Below, piece after piece: positions 41,809 to 56,488 of a stretch of 64,000 nucleotides of DNA (within the stretch, counting starts at the first letter, position 1; every line of letters begins with the position of its first letter). Position numbers and translations under genes: made by a program. Under the pieces are notes generated by a model that was given only the letters and a program-made list of their open reading frames with translations, was not told where the DNA came from and made no database searches. This DNA comes from Escherichia coli (lineage in GTDB: Bacteria > Pseudomonadota > Gammaproteobacteria > Enterobacterales > Enterobacteriaceae), in the NCBI RefSeq assembly GCF_030013595.1, contig NZ_CP122768.1, one strand, 5' to 3'.

Positions 41809-41960
41809 AAGTGTATGCCTGCTTGTTACGGTGGTACTCACGGCGCGTTTTAAACGTATCAAAAGTAACAGTTGTTTAACCTTTGACCGCCTGCGCCTGT
41901 GCTCGAAAACGCCAGAATGTACTGGCTGTACGCAATAATTGCAACTGCGATTGTTGTGCT

Positions 41961-42338
41961 TCAGTGCTTTTCTTGCTTTTCATCAATCACCGGAATTCGC
42001 CACATATAAAAAAGCAAACAGGCGAGAATTACCAGCAACATGATGCGCACCCATGGCATCTGGACGAACCACAGAGAAAGTGCAAACGTGAGCAAAATAA
42101 GCAAAATCGCCCGCGGTTTGACGCCGCGCGGCATCGCATGATGTTTCTGCCAGAAACGTAGATAGCTGCCAAACCATGAGCGGTACAGCAACCAGGCGTG
42201 AAAGCGCGGGGAAGAACGGGCAAAGCACCAGGCCGCCAGCAGGATAAACGGCGTCGTCGGTAATACCGGTAATACCACGCCCAGCGTACCCAGCACTACC
42301 GCCAGCCAGCCAATGATGATTAAAATGATTCGTTGCAT
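41961..42338 (-). CDS. ybaN: Inner-membrane protein YbaN (DUF454)
   Basis: 125-aa hydrophobic ORF; recognised. Confidence 0.9.
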
Positions 42339-42407
42339 ATTGAGTGTTGTCAGCTTACAGAGTTGCTACTTTAGCATAACAATTATCATTTTCATTGAGG
42401 TCTTATC

Positions 42408-42935
42408 GTGAAAACCGCCCTGCTGCTGGAAAAACTGGAAGGACAGCTCGCCACGCTGCGTCAGCGTTGTGCCCCGGTAGCGCAATTTGCCACGCTAAGT
42501 GCCCGTTTTGACAGGCACCTTTTTCAGACCCGTGCGACAACACTGCAGGCTTGTCTCGATGAGGCGGGCGATAATCTGGCTGCGCTTCGTCATGCGGTTG
42601 AGCAGCAACAGCTGCCGCAAGTGGCCTGGCTGGCAGAACATCTGGCGGCGCAACTGGAGGCTATAGCGCGTGAAGCCACAGCCTGGTCGCTACGCGAGTG
42701 GGATAGCGCACCACCCAAAATTGCCCGCTGGCAGCGTAAACGTATTCAGCATCAGGATTTTGAGCGGCGGCTACGTGAGATGGTAGCCGAACGTCGAGCC
42801 CGCCTGGCGCGGGTGACCGATCTCGTGGAACAGCAAACGCTGCATCGTGAAGTGGAAGCCTATGAAGCGCGCCTGGCACGCTGCCGCCATGCGCTGGATA
42901 AAATCGAAAACAGGCTAGCGCGTTTAACCCGCTAG
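42408..42935 (+). CDS. priC: Primosomal replication protein N'' (PriC)
   Basis: 175-aa basic ORF; recognised. Confidence 0.93.
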   Translation: MKTALLLEKLEGQLATLRQRCAPVAQFATLSARFDRHLFQTRATTLQACLDEAGDNLAALRHAVEQQQLPQVAWLAEHLAAQLEAIAREATAWSLREWDSAPPKIARWQRKRIQHQDFERRLREMVAERRARLARVTDLVEQQTLHREVEAYEARLARCRHALDKIENRLARLTR

Positions 42936-42948
42936 CAATGGAGAAAGT

Positions 42949-43113
42949 ATGTCACTGGAAAATGCCCCTGACGATGTCAAACTGGCTGTCGATTTGATTG
43001 TGCTGCTGGAAGAAAATCAGATCCCAGCGCGCACCGTGCTGCGCGCGCTGGATATTGTAAAACGCGATTATGAAAAGAAGTTACAGAGCGATGAGGCTTC
43101 ACAAAGCGAGTAA
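42949..43113 (+). CDS. ybaM: Small protein YbaM (DUF2496)
   Basis: ATG at 42949, TAA at 43111-43113; about 54 codons, [54 protein letters not shown]; below the 60-aa track threshold, recognised from position and sequence. Confidence 0.8.
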   Translation: MSLENAPDDVKLAVDLIVLLEENQIPARTVLRALDIVKRDYEKKLQSDEASQSE

Positions 43114-43118
43114 AAAAT

Positions 43119-43147
43119 AAAGGGCGGCATCACTGTCGCCCTTTATT
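43119..43147. terminator. Bidirectional intrinsic terminator between ybaM and mscK
   Basis: aaagggcggcatcactgtcgcccttt hairpin flanked by A-run and T-run. Confidence 0.7.
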
Positions 43148-43151
43148 GTCC

Positions 43152-46100
43152 TTACCCTACCGCTGGTGTCGGATCGTCGCCTTTGTAGTCGCGTTTTACT
43201 TCCGTCACCTCATCGCCCTTCTCGTTGTGCAGATGCACTTCAAGCTGGTTAAAGGCAATGTTGATATCGTTTTCACGGCACAGCTGATCGATAGTACGGT
43301 TCAGCTCATCGACAGTACGGCTACGGTCACGCAGTTCACGCACATACAGACGCAGCTCATGATCCAACGTGCTGGCACCAAACGCCGTAAAGAAGACTTC
43401 CGGCATTGGTTCGTGCATCACCCTTGGGTGCTCAGTCGCCGCCTTCAGTAACACTTTACGTACTTTTTCCAGATCGGAGCCATAGGCCACGCCGAGACGG
43501 ATCACCAGACGCGTAGTAGTGTCAGTCAACGACCAGTTGATCAGACGCTCGGTAACAAACGCTTTGTTCGGGATGATCACTTCTTTGCGATCGAAATCGG
43601 TAATCGTTGTCGCACGAATACGGATCTTACTTACCGTCCCCGAGAAGCTACCAATGGTTACCGTATCGCCAATACGCACCGGACGTTCGAACAGAATGAT
43701 CAAACCGGAGACGAAGTTACCGAAAATTTCTTGTAAACCAAAACCAAGACCTACGGATAATGCTGCCGCCAGCCACTGGAGTTTATCCCACGAGACGCCC
43801 AGCGATCCGAACACCGTCATCGCACCAACGGCAATAATGATGTAGTTAAGGATGGTAGTAATGGCATACGACGCGCCCTGGCGCATGTTCAGGCGCGAGA
43901 GCACCAACACTTCCAGTAAACCAGGCAGGTTGCGAATCAACGCCCAGGCCACCATTGAGGCGATAATCGCAAACAACAGACTGCCCATGGTGACGTTTTT
44001 CACCACCGCAGCGCCAGCTTCAGTGCCGTTGTAATGCCAGAGCGTAATGCTGTCGAGATAGCTGAACACGGTGATCAAATCGGACCAAATTGCCCAGAAC
44101 ATGACACCGAACAGCGCAAACATCAGCAACATGGTAATACGCAGCGTCTGCTGGTTAACCTGCTCCAGTGCAATGGTGGGTTCTTCCGGCGGTTCGGCAC
44201 CTTCTGCGCCTTCTTTCACCAGATTCTGCCGACGCGCCAGCGCACGACGCCAGGCGATACGCCGCGCCGCTACGCTTAAGCCGCGCAATACCGTCTGGTA
44301 CAGCAGGTTCCAGATGATCACCAAATAAACGGTTTCAATCCAACGCCCGGAGAGGCGCAGCGTGGTGTAGAAATAACCCGTGGCGGTCAGCACCATCAAC
44401 GCAATCGGGATAATCGACAGCACGGTAATGGTGACCAGTCGCATGGTGTGCGACTCTTTATCACGCCAGCTTTCGCGGCACATCGGCCATACCAGGAAGG
44501 CAATCAGCAGCAGGTTGAAGAAAATCATCGCCTGCCCCAGCACATCATCCATCAGATGCAGCGGGGAAAGTTCTGCCACCACAGACCAGAAATGGATAGG
44601 CAGCAATGCGAGACTGATGCGGACAATTTGCCGACGCCAGTGGCTGGTCTGCTGTTCCGGCATACCAAAGTGACGCACGGCAACGCCGTTTTTCTCCAGT
44701 ACCTTCCAGCACAGGCCAAACACCAGCCAGAAAATCGCCAGTTTTTTACTGAACGACCATAGCAGTTCGCTGATGTTGAGTTGCATGGTCAACAGAATCA
44801 GGCCAACCGCGAGAATAATCAGGCACACCGGCAGCGCACGGATCAGGTCGATAAGGATCGCTTTTGGTGTGTTGAGCTGGCTATCGTTACGCAGGGAACC
44901 CACAGCGGAAGCCAGTTTCTGTTGATACGCTTTCAGCCAGCCCAGACGCCAGTGGATCAGCCCGGCAATCAACAGCAGCGGCAAACCGGCGAGGAAAGCG
45001 ATAAAAACGGCAGGCCAGGCTTTTTCCCAGTTCACCGTGATTTTCATCGACTTAAATTCATCTTTCAGGCTTTGCGGGAACGCTTTGATCCAGTCCCAGT
45101 CCATTGGACGGTTACTGTTCACCCAAAAGATTTGCTGAGTCAGGATGGATTTCAGGTTTTTCGACACACTCATTAACTGCTGCTGGTTGATTTGCAGGTT
45201 AATGGCCATCATCAGCTGGTTACCCAACTGTTTGTTAAGCTGATCCAGCAATTCGCGACGCATATCAACTACTTGCAATAACGCATCGTGAACTTCGCTG
45301 TTGACTTCGTTGGTGTGACCTTCTTCCAGTTTGTTGACGAACGCATCGCTCTGGAAGAGTGCATCACGCTGCTGGTTAACTTCAAACTGTTCGAGACGCA
45401 AATCCGCGATGCGGTTGGTCATGTTTTCCAGTTCATCCGCCGAGGGCAGCGTTTGTTGTTGCTGGTAAAGGATACGAGACAACAGCAGGCTGCCCTTCAG
45501 GACGGCAATCTGCTCTTTAATATTGCGTTCCGATTGCAGCGCCCGCTCCAGCCAGTTTTTGACTTTAATGTTTTGCTGCATCAACTGATTACCGTTTTCA
45601 GTCGCTGTAATCAGACGCTGACTTAACTGCTGGTTAATTTCCAGTTCCTGCTTCACCAGCGGATTAGCCTGAATACGCGCGGCTTCATCCGGGGAGACGG
45701 CTTCCTGCGCCGTTTTTTCGGTTAAAGTCAGGCGCTTGCTGTTTACTGCTTCTTGCAACAGCTGCAACTGGTGCTCCAGACGGGCGCTGTTCGCCGTCAC
45801 GTAATCACGTTGCTTTTGCAAGGTATCCTGCAAGACGGTGTTCCCTTCCAGGCTTTTACGCTGCTGGTCAATCTCCGCATTCAGCAACGCCTGCTGGGCC
45901 TGCATTAACACTTTCTGGCTGGGACGTAAGGCAGTCTCGCCGACATCAGTCCCATCCAGACGACTGCGAATTTGTTGCAGCTGCTGCGAAGCGTTATACA
46001 TCGCATTTTGCACGCGTTCGGGCTGCGTCTGTAACGAAACCAGCTGGCTGTTATAAGACGCCAGATCGTTTTGTGCGTTTTGCAAATCGTCCAGCGCCTG

Positions 46101-46514
46101 GGCAACGCGAGTTTCCAGCTGGCGCAACGAAAGTGTGCTCAGAATTTTGCGCGTTTCTTCGTCATTATCGACATCGCTAAGTGCAGTTAACGCCGCGGTC
46201 GCCTGGCGCATTTTTTCCGGCGCGTCAGCGACTTTTTGCCGTAGCTGAACTGTCTCTTCTTTTACGCGATCGATTTTATCGAGGGTAGCTAATGTATCTG
46301 TCAGATCCTGCTGCACCAGTTTGTCCTGAGCAGAAAGATCTTTTTGTTTATTCAGTGAGTCAAGTTGTGCCTGCAGGTCCGCTTTTGTCGGCAGATCACC
46401 ATTCGATGACGCCCGCGCAAACGCCGTGTTCTGGCATAACAAGACAAAAACAAAAGCAATAAATGCTGAAAAAACAAAATGCCGTGATCGTTTGTAATAC
46501 TGGAACATAGTCAT
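43152..46514 (-). CDS. mscK: Potassium-dependent mechanosensitive channel MscK (KefA)
   Basis: 1120-aa ORF: signal peptide, long coiled-coil periplasmic region, multiple TM segments, C-terminal MscS-like domain. Confidence 0.96.
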   Translation of the reverse strand: MTMFQYYKRSRHFVFSAFIAFVFVLLCQNTAFARASSNGDLPTKADLQAQLDSLNKQKDLSAQDKLVQQDLTDTLATLDKIDRVKEETVQLRQKVADAPEKMRQATAALTALSDVDNDEETRKILSTLSLRQLETRVAQALDDLQNAQNDLASYNSQLVSLQTQPERVQNAMYNASQQLQQIRSRLDGTDVGETALRPSQKVLMQAQQALLNAEIDQQRKSLEGNTVLQDTLQKQRDYVTANSARLEHQLQLLQEAVNSKRLTLTEKTAQEAVSPDEAARIQANPLVKQELEINQQLSQRLITATENGNQLMQQNIKVKNWLERALQSERNIKEQIAVLKGSLLLSRILYQQQQTLPSADELENMTNRIADLRLEQFEVNQQRDALFQSDAFVNKLEEGHTNEVNSEVHDALLQVVDMRRELLDQLNKQLGNQLMMAINLQINQQQLMSVSKNLKSILTQQIFWVNSNRPMDWDWIKAFPQSLKDEFKSMKITVNWEKAWPAVFIAFLAGLPLLLIAGLIHWRLGWLKAYQQKLASAVGSLRNDSQLNTPKAILIDLIRALPVCLIILAVGLILLTMQLNISELLWSFSKKLAIFWLVFGLCWKVLEKNGVAVRHFGMPEQQTSHWRRQIVRISLALLPIHFWSVVAELSPLHLMDDVLGQAMIFFNLLLIAFLVWPMCRESWRDKESHTMRLVTITVLSIIPIALMVLTATGYFYTTLRLSGRWIETVYLVIIWNLLYQTVLRGLSVAARRIAWRRALARRQNLVKEGAEGAEPPEEPTIALEQVNQQTLRITMLLMFALFGVMFWAIWSDLITVFSYLDSITLWHYNGTEAGAAVVKNVTMGSLLFAIIASMVAWALIRNLPGLLEVLVLSRLNMRQGASYAITTILNYIIIAVGAMTVFGSLGVSWDKLQWLAAALSVGLGFGLQEIFGNFVSGLIILFERPVRIGDTVTIGSFSGTVSKIRIRATTITDFDRKEVIIPNKAFVTERLINWSLTDTTTRLVIRLGVAYGSDLEKVRKVLLKAATEHPRVMHEPMPEVFFTAFGASTLDHELRLYVRELRDRSRTVDELNRTIDQLCRENDINIAFNQLEVHLHNEKGDEVTEVKRDYKGDDPTPAVG

Positions 46515-46641
46515 GATGAATGAAGGTTTCTGAACCTGAAGAACGACCTGAAAAAGTCAAACCGCAAGAATATCACGACGCAGTGAACCAGAATAGCAAC
46601 GACGAAAATGTCCAGGAAAAATCCTGGAGTCAGATTCAGGG

Positions 46642-47289
46642 TTATTCGGTAATGGCAGGGTTACGAAGCGTGGGACACAGGAGATACATCTCCAGTAAGA
46701 TGGCGACGTAATCGCGGGCTTCTTTTTTAAGATCAAAAGATTGCGGGGCAAAGAGCCAGTTTTCCATCAGGCCGGAAATATAGCCGCGCATAATAATTGC
46801 TGCCCGACGCGTCATTAAATCCGCAGGCAACATTTTCGCTTCAATACAATGTTTTAACGTTTGTTCTATACGGTCATAACTTTCCAGACAGAGATTACGT
46901 TGTGCCTGTTGCACAACAGCCATTTCTCCGACAAATTCGCATTTGTGGAATATAATCTCCATCAATAATCGACGCCGTTCTTCTGTCACCGTGGATTCAA
47001 GAACATGAATTAATATCTCTCTTAATACTGAGAGTGGATCGCCAGGGAATTTTGCCTGATACTCAAGCTCTAGTTCACCAATATTGGATTCTGACAGTTC
47101 CCAGATCTCACTGAACAAATCCGACTTGTCTTTAAAATGCCAGTAGATTGCACCGCGCGTAACGCCAGCTGCTTTTGCAATCTCACCCAGCGAGGTGGAT
47201 GATACCCCCTGCTGTGAGAAAAGACGTAGAGCCACATCGAGGATGTGTTGGCGCGTTTCTTGCGCTTCTTGTTTGGTTTTTCGTGCCAT
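46642..47289 (-). CDS. acrR: TetR-family repressor AcrR
   Basis: 215-aa ORF with N-terminal HTH ([21 protein letters not shown]); divergent from acrA. Confidence 0.96.
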   Translation of the reverse strand: MARKTKQEAQETRQHILDVALRLFSQQGVSSTSLGEIAKAAGVTRGAIYWHFKDKSDLFSEIWELSESNIGELELEYQAKFPGDPLSVLREILIHVLESTVTEERRRLLMEIIFHKCEFVGEMAVVQQAQRNLCLESYDRIEQTLKHCIEAKMLPADLMTRRAAIIMRGYISGLMENWLFAPQSFDLKKEARDYVAILLEMYLLCPTLRNPAITE

Positions 47290-47317
47290 ATGTTCGTGAA
47301 TTTACAGGCGTTAGATT

Positions 47318-47341
47318 TACATACATTTGTGAATGTATGTA
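47318..47341. promoter_or_regulatory. AcrR operator: perfect 24-bp palindrome in the acrR-acrA intergenic region
   Basis: tacatacatttgtgaatgtatgta is a perfect inverted repeat; this is the known AcrR binding site. Confidence 0.85.
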
Positions 47342-47430
47342 CCATAGCACGACGATAATATAAACGCAGCAATGGGTTTATTAACTTTTGACCATTGACC
47401 AATTTGAAATCGGACACTCGAGGTTTACAT

Positions 47431-48624
47431 ATGAACAAAAACAGAGGGTTTACGCCTCTGGCGGTCGTTCTGATGCTCTCAGGCAGCTTAGCCCTAACAG
47501 GATGTGACGACAAACAGGCCCAACAAGGTGGCCAGCAGATGCCCGCCGTTGGCGTAGTAACAGTCAAAACTGAACCTCTGCAGATCACAACCGAGCTTCC
47601 GGGTCGCACCAGTGCCTACCGGATCGCAGAAGTTCGTCCTCAAGTTAGCGGGATTATCCTGAAGCGTAATTTCAAAGAAGGTAGCGACATCGAAGCAGGT
47701 GTCTCTCTCTATCAGATTGATCCTGCGACCTATCAGGCGGCATACGACAGCGCGAAAGGCGATCTGGCGAAAGCCCAGGCTGCAGCCAATATCGCGCAAT
47801 TGACGGTGAATCGTTATCAGAAATTGCTCGGTACTCAGTACATCAGTAAGCAAGAGTACGATCAGGCTCTGGCTGATGCGCAACAGGCGAATGCTGCGGT
47901 AACTGCGGCGAAAGCTGCCGTTGAAACTGCGCGGATCAATCTGGCTTACACCAAAGTTACCTCTCCGATTAGCGGTCGCATTGGTAAGTCGAACGTGACG
48001 GAAGGCGCATTGGTACAGAACGGTCAGGCGACTGCGCTGGCAACCGTGCAGCAACTTGATCCGATCTACGTTGATGTGACCCAGTCCAGCAACGACTTCC
48101 TGCGCCTGAAACAGGAACTGGCAAATGGCACGCTGAAACAAGAGAACGGCAAAGCCAAAGTGTCGCTGATCACCAGTGACGGCATTAAGTTCCCGCAGGA
48201 CGGTACGCTGGAATTCTCTGACGTTACCGTTGATCAGACCACCGGGTCTATCACCCTACGCGCTATCTTCCCGAACCCGGATCACACTCTGCTGCCGGGT
48301 ATGTTCGTACGTGCACGTCTGGAAGAAGGGCTTAATCCAAACGCTATTTTAGTCCCGCAACAGGGCGTAACCCGTACGCCACGTGGCGATGCCACCGTAC
48401 TGGTGGTTGGCGCGGATGACAAAGTGGAAACCCGTCCGATCGTTGCAAGCCAGGCTATCGGCGATAAGTGGCTGGTGACAGAAGGTCTGAAAGCAGGCGA
48501 TCGCGTAGTAATAAGTGGGCTGCAGAAAGTGCGTCCTGGTGTCCAGGTAAAAGCACAAGAAGTTACCGCTGATAATAACCAGCAAGCCGCAAGCGGTGCT
48601 CAGCCTGAACAGTCCAAGTCTTAA
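47431..48624 (+). CDS. acrA: Multidrug efflux periplasmic adaptor AcrA
   Basis: Start MNKNRGFTPLAVVLMLSGSLALTGC (lipoprotein signal) at Met13 of the 409-aa track ORF, giving 397 aa. Confidence 0.96.
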   Translation: MNKNRGFTPLAVVLMLSGSLALTGCDDKQAQQGGQQMPAVGVVTVKTEPLQITTELPGRTSAYRIAEVRPQVSGIILKRNFKEGSDIEAGVSLYQIDPATYQAAYDSAKGDLAKAQAAANIAQLTVNRYQKLLGTQYISKQEYDQALADAQQANAAVTAAKAAVETARINLAYTKVTSPISGRIGKSNVTEGALVQNGQATALATVQQLDPIYVDVTQSSNDFLRLKQELANGTLKQENGKAKVSLITSDGIKFPQDGTLEFSDVTVDQTTGSITLRAIFPNPDHTLLPGMFVRARLEEGLNPNAILVPQQGVTRTPRGDATVLVVGADDKVETRPIVASQAIGDKWLVTEGLKAGDRVVISGLQKVRPGVQVKAQEVTADNNQQAASGAQPEQSKS

Positions 48625-48643
48625 CTTAAACAGGAGCCGTTAA

Positions 48644-51796
<3,153 letters not shown>

Positions 51797-51813
51797 TACA
51801 ACGTGTAATCACT

Positions 51814-51837
51814 AAGGCCGCGCAAGCGGCCTTTTTT
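51814..51837 (+). terminator. Intrinsic terminator of acrAB
   Basis: aaggccgcgcaagcggcc hairpin followed by tttttt, 18 nt after the acrB stop. Confidence 0.8.
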
Positions 51838-52341
51838 ATGCATAACCTACGAACATTAAGGAGTCATTGAACCACCAACTCAGGATCTCATACGAAAACC
51901 AGTATTAACCTCGCATAAAATTCATAAAAAATACTGATTGTTAGTTAATTTATATTAAGTAGCGCTAATAGATTTAATAATCCATAATCATTTAGAGGCT
52001 ATTCTTAATTATTTGCGGTAATTCTTTATTCATTCCTCGGTTATTACGTCATATTCAGAGCAATCCTGGTATTAGTGTCACCAATTTCATCTGGCGATAA
52101 TCCTGAAATGTTATGAATAGTTCGAGCAGACTGCTTTTACCTGCTGCGGGTTAGTGCTAGTATGAAAAAATGAGTCCTGTCCCGATTCCTTCCTAATTGT
52201 AATTTTTCGTAATAATGCGATGAAAACCTGCAAAGAGTGGCTTATAGTTAAGCTAACAAACGAGAGGGCAAGTCCAGGTCAGTAAGTTTTTTCCATCCCG
52301 AAAGGTGTCCGTTAGTTCAACCACTAAGAAGGGGACGCGTT

Positions 52342-52716
52342 ATGGATGAATACTCACCCAAAAGACATGATATCGCACAGCTTAAGTTTCTCTGTGAAAC
52401 CCTGTATCATGACTGTCTTGCAAACCTTGAAGAAAGCAATCATGGCTGGGTTAACGACCCAACCTCGGCGATCAACCTCCAGTTGAATGAACTGATTGAG
52501 CATATTGCGACCTTCGCACTTAATTACAAAATTAAGTATAATGAAGACAATAAGCTCATTGAGCAGATCGACGAATATCTGGATGACACCTTTATGTTGT
52601 TCAGCAGTTATGGTATTAATATGCAGGATCTTCAGAAATGGCGGAAGTCAGGTAATCGACTATTCCGTTGTTTTGTCAATGCGACGAAAGAGAATCCTGC
52701 GAGTTTATCTTGTTAG
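52342..52716 (+). CDS. tomB: Hha toxicity modulator TomB (YbaJ)
   Basis: 124-aa ORF immediately upstream of hha; recognised. Confidence 0.92.
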
Positions 52717-52741
52717 AATTATTACAACCATGGGTAGAAGT

Positions 52742-52960
52742 ATGTCCGAAAAACCTTTAACAAAAACCGATTATTTAATGCGTTTACGTCGTTGCCAGAC
52801 AATTGACACGCTGGAGCGTGTTATCGAGAAAAATAAATACGAATTATCAGATAATGAACTGGCGGTATTTTACTCAGCCGCAGATCACCGCCTCGCCGAA
52901 TTGACTATGAATAAACTGTACGACAAGATCCCTTCCTCAGTATGGAAATTTATTCGCTAA
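52742..52960 (+). CDS. hha: Haemolysin expression modulator Hha (H-NS co-regulator)
   Basis: 72 aa [72 protein letters not shown]; lies in-frame inside a longer track ORF (52496..52960). Confidence 0.93.
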
Positions 52961-53131
52961 TAAATAATTCGCTTTCGGAGCTATAACCGGCTGTTTATTA
53001 AGAATTTTATACTTTTTCGCCATGAAGACGTACCCTATGTGATCTTTATCACACAGATGTAATGGGAACGTTCTCTTCACTGACTTTTCGTCTTACTGTG
53101 TTGCCGCATTTTCAGCAACCGGAGGTCAGTA

Positions 53132-53683
53132 ATGAGCACAGAAAAAGAAAAGATGATTGCTGGTGAGTTGTATCGCTCGGCAGATGAGACGTTATCTCGC
53201 GATCGCCTGCGCGCTCGTCAGCTTATTCACCGATACAATCATTCCCTGGCGGAAGAGCACACATTACGCCAGCAAATTCTCGCTGATTTATTCGGTCAGG
53301 TGACAGAGGCTTATATTGAGCCAACGTTTCGCTGTGATTATGGCTATAACATTTTTCTCGGCAATAATTTTTTCGCCAACTTCGATTGCGTGATGCTTGA
53401 TGTCTGCCCTATTCGCATCGGTGATAACTGTATGTTGGCACCAGGCGTTCATATCTACACGGCAACACATCCCATCGACCCTTTAGCACGTAATAGCGGT
53501 GCTGAACTGGGGAAACCCGTCACCATCGGTAATAACGTCTGGATTGGCGGACGCGCGGTCATTAACCCTGGTGTGACCATTGGTGATAACGTCGTGGTAG
53601 CCTCAGGTGCAGTTGTCACAAAAGATGTCCCGGACAACGTTGTCGTGGGCGGTAATCCAGCCAGAATAATTAAAAAATTGTAA
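53132..53683 (+). CDS. maa: Maltose O-acetyltransferase (hexapeptide-repeat)
   Basis: 183-aa ORF with left-handed beta-helix hexapeptide repeats ([40 protein letters not shown]). Confidence 0.95.
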   Translation: MSTEKEKMIAGELYRSADETLSRDRLRARQLIHRYNHSLAEEHTLRQQILADLFGQVTEAYIEPTFRCDYGYNIFLGNNFFANFDCVMLDVCPIRIGDNCMLAPGVHIYTATHPIDPLARNSGAELGKPVTIGNNVWIGGRAVINPGVTIGDNVVVASGAVVTKDVPDNVVVGGNPARIIKKL

Positions 53684-53798
53684 CCAGCTTTTCGCAACTG
53701 TTATGCAAAATTGTGGTAAATCTGTTACTTCCCCTCTACTATTCCCACGTTAAAATAGGGTGTTCCCTGGAAAGTTGCAGATACCACGAAGGCAAACG

Positions 53799-54269
53799 AT
53801 GACCGAAATACAACGCCTGCTGACCGAAACAATTGAGTCTCTAAATACCCGCGAAAAACGCGACAATAAACCCCGCTTTAGTATCAGTTTTATCCGTAAA
53901 CATCCGGGGCTGTTTATCGGTATGTACGTTGCTTTTTTTGCCACCCTGGCAGTGATGTTGCAGTCCGAAACGCTTTCAGGCTCTGTCTGGTTACTGGTTG
54001 TATTATTTATCCTGCTTAATGGTTTCTTCTTTTTCGATGTCTACCCACGCTACCGCTATGAAGATATCGACGTGCTGGATTTCCGCGTTTGCTATAACGG
54101 CGAATGGTACAACACGCGCTTTGTACCTGCCGCGCTGGTTGAAGCCATCTTGAACTCTCCGCGTGTCGCGGATGTTCATAAAGAACAACTGCAAAAAATG
54201 ATCGTCCGTAAAGGTGAACTGTCTTTTTACGATATTTTTACCCTCGCTCGCGCCGAATCAACATCTTAA
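53799..54269 (+). CDS. ylaC: Inner-membrane protein YlaC
   Basis: Start MTEIQRLL at Met14 of the 169-aa track ORF, giving 156 aa with two TM helices. Confidence 0.88.
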
Positions 54270-54426
54270 ATTAGGGTTACATACCAGGCGTAAAGCTCTG
54301 CGCTTGGTCAAATGACAACGATCGTTTCCACCCATCACTTCATGAAATCCCGGCTCTACCTCCTTATCTCCTGCCAGCCTTTTTCCACAATCAGATATAC
54401 TTTCCCTACACTGTGTTAATAAGGAT

Positions 54427-55983
54427 ATGCTGGTGAGAACACGACATCTGGTCGGCCTTATTTCGGGAGTACTGATTCTTTCAGTATTGCTGCCTGTCGG
54501 CTTAAGCATCTGGCTGGCCCATCAGCAGGTAGAAACATCATTTATTGAAGAGCTGAATACGTATTCCTCCCGCGTCGCTATTCGGGCCAATAAGGTGGCG
54601 ACACAAGGGAAAGATGCGCTGCAAGAGCTGGAAAGATGGCAAGGCGCTGCCTGTAGCGAAGCCCATCTCATGGAAATGCGTCGGGTATCTTACAGTTATC
54701 GCTATATTCAGGAAGTGGTTTATATCGATAACAACGTTCCCCAGTGTTCGTCTCTGGAGCATGAAAGCCCGCCCGATACCTTCCCCGAGCCAGGTAAAAT
54801 TTCGAAAGATGGTTATCGTGTCTGGTTAACATCGCATAACGATTTAGGCATTATCCGTTACATGGTTGCCATGGGAACGGCACATTATGTCGTCATGATC
54901 GACCCCGCTTCCTTTATTGATGTCATTCCCTATAGCTCATGGCAAATTGATGCCGCCATTATTGGCAATGCCCATAACGTTGTGATAACCAGCAGCGATG
55001 AAATTGCTCAGGGAATTATTACCAGACTACAAAAAACACCCGGTGAGCATATCGAAAATAATGGAATCATTTACGATATCCTGCCCTTCCCGGAAATGAA
55101 TATTTCGATCATCACCTGGGCTTCAACGAAAATGTTGCAGAAAGACTGGCATCGGCAAGTCTTTATTTGGTTACCGCTCGGGTTGGTGATTGGCCTGCTG
55201 GCAGCGATGTTTGTGCTGCGTATTTTGCGCCGTATCCAGTCACCGCATCATCGGCTGCAGGATGCTATCGAAAATCGTGATATTTGCGTGCACTATCAGC
55301 CGATTGTCTCCTTAGCCAATGGCAAAATTGTCGGTGCTGAGGCACTGGCGCGCTGGCCGCAGACAGACGGTAGTTGGTTATCACCAGATAGTTTTATTCC
55401 GCTGGCACAGCAAACGGGCCTTTCTGAGCCATTGACGCTACTGATTATAAGAAGCGTCTTTGAAGATATGGGCGACTGGCTGCGTCAGCATCCACGGCAG
55501 CATATTTCGATCAATCTTGAATCCACCGTGCTCACCTCGGAAAAAATCCCGCAATTGCTGCGTGAAATGATCAATCACTATCAGGTTAATCCCAGACAGA
55601 TCGCGCTTGAACTCACTGAACGCGAGTTTGCCGATCCGAAAACCAGCGCCCCGATAATTTCTCGCTACCGGGAGGCGGGCCATGAAATTTATCTTGATGA
55701 TTTTGGTACGGGGTATTCAAGTTTAAGTTATTTACAGGATCTGGATGTCGACATTCTGAAGATCGATAAATCTTTCGTTGATGCGCTGGAATATAAAAAT
55801 GTCACGCCGCATATCATCGAAATGGCAAAAACACTGAAACTGAAAATGGTAGCGGAGGGAATCGAAACCAGTAAACAAGAAGAGTGGTTACGCCAGCATG
55901 GCGTGCACTACGGTCAGGGCTGGCTCTACAGCAAGGCATTACCGAAAGAAGATTTCTTACGCTGGGCCGAGCAACATTTGTGA
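54427..55983 (+). CDS. pdeB: c-di-GMP phosphodiesterase PdeB (YlaB), CSS-motif sensor plus EAL domain
   Basis: 518-aa ORF: N-terminal TM, periplasmic domain, C-terminal EAL signature (EALARW, ELTERE, DDFGTGYSSL); AAGGA 6 nt upstream of ATG. Confidence 0.93.
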   Translation: MLVRTRHLVGLISGVLILSVLLPVGLSIWLAHQQVETSFIEELNTYSSRVAIRANKVATQGKDALQELERWQGAACSEAHLMEMRRVSYSYRYIQEVVYIDNNVPQCSSLEHESPPDTFPEPGKISKDGYRVWLTSHNDLGIIRYMVAMGTAHYVVMIDPASFIDVIPYSSWQIDAAIIGNAHNVVITSSDEIAQGIITRLQKTPGEHIENNGIIYDILPFPEMNISIITWASTKMLQKDWHRQVFIWLPLGLVIGLLAAMFVLRILRRIQSPHHRLQDAIENRDICVHYQPIVSLANGKIVGAEALARWPQTDGSWLSPDSFIPLAQQTGLSEPLTLLIIRSVFEDMGDWLRQHPRQHISINLESTVLTSEKIPQLLREMINHYQVNPRQIALELTEREFADPKTSAPIISRYREAGHEIYLDDFGTGYSSLSYLQDLDVDILKIDKSFVDALEYKNVTPHIIEMAKTLKLKMVAEGIETSKQEEWLRQHGVHYGQGWLYSKALPKEDFLRWAEQHL

Positions 55984-56024
55984 ATTGTAGGGCTGACGGC
56001 ACGCCGCACAGCCCGTCACGCTAC

Positions 56025-56378
56025 CTATTCGTCGATGATTGACTCGAATCCGCCATAAATCATTCGCTTACCATCAAACGGCATGGACTCGCCGAACTCT
56101 TTCATCCGTGGGTCCGACATCATCTTTTGATTAGCAGCGTCGCGGACCTCTTTTGAAGGGTATTCAATCCAGCTAAAGACAACCTCTTCATTCTCTTCAG
56201 CTTTTACCGCCATACGAAAATCGGTCACTTTGCCATCCGGTACATCGCTGGCCCAGCATTCGACAATACGAAGCGCGCCAAACTCTTTAAACAATGGCGC
56301 AGCCTTAGCAGCCATTTCCCGATAGGCATCCTTTTTATCGGCAGGAACGGCAACCACAAAACCATCAACATACTTCAT
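56025..56378 (-). CDS. ybaA: DUF1428-family protein YbaA
   Basis: 117-aa ORF MKYVDGFVVAVPADKKDAYREMAAKAAPLF...; recognised. Confidence 0.92.
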   Translation of the reverse strand: MKYVDGFVVAVPADKKDAYREMAAKAAPLFKEFGALRIVECWASDVPDGKVTDFRMAVKAEENEEVVFSWIEYPSKEVRDAANQKMMSDPRMKEFGESMPFDGKRMIYGGFESIIDE

Positions 56379-56488
56379 CAGACATACCTCCGAAGCGTAC
56401 TGCGCAGCCAGACAATTCTTGCGACGTCAGTTGTGGTTAAAGTTTAGCCATATTGGGATTTTTTGACGAAACGGAGGGAGGCAGAAAT

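Noticed and set aside
47070..47609. 179-aa minus-strand ORF spanning the acrR-acrA intergenic region
   Set aside because: It crosses the AcrR operator and the acrA start on the wrong strand; it is a chance frame through a regulatory region flanked by two well-supported genes.
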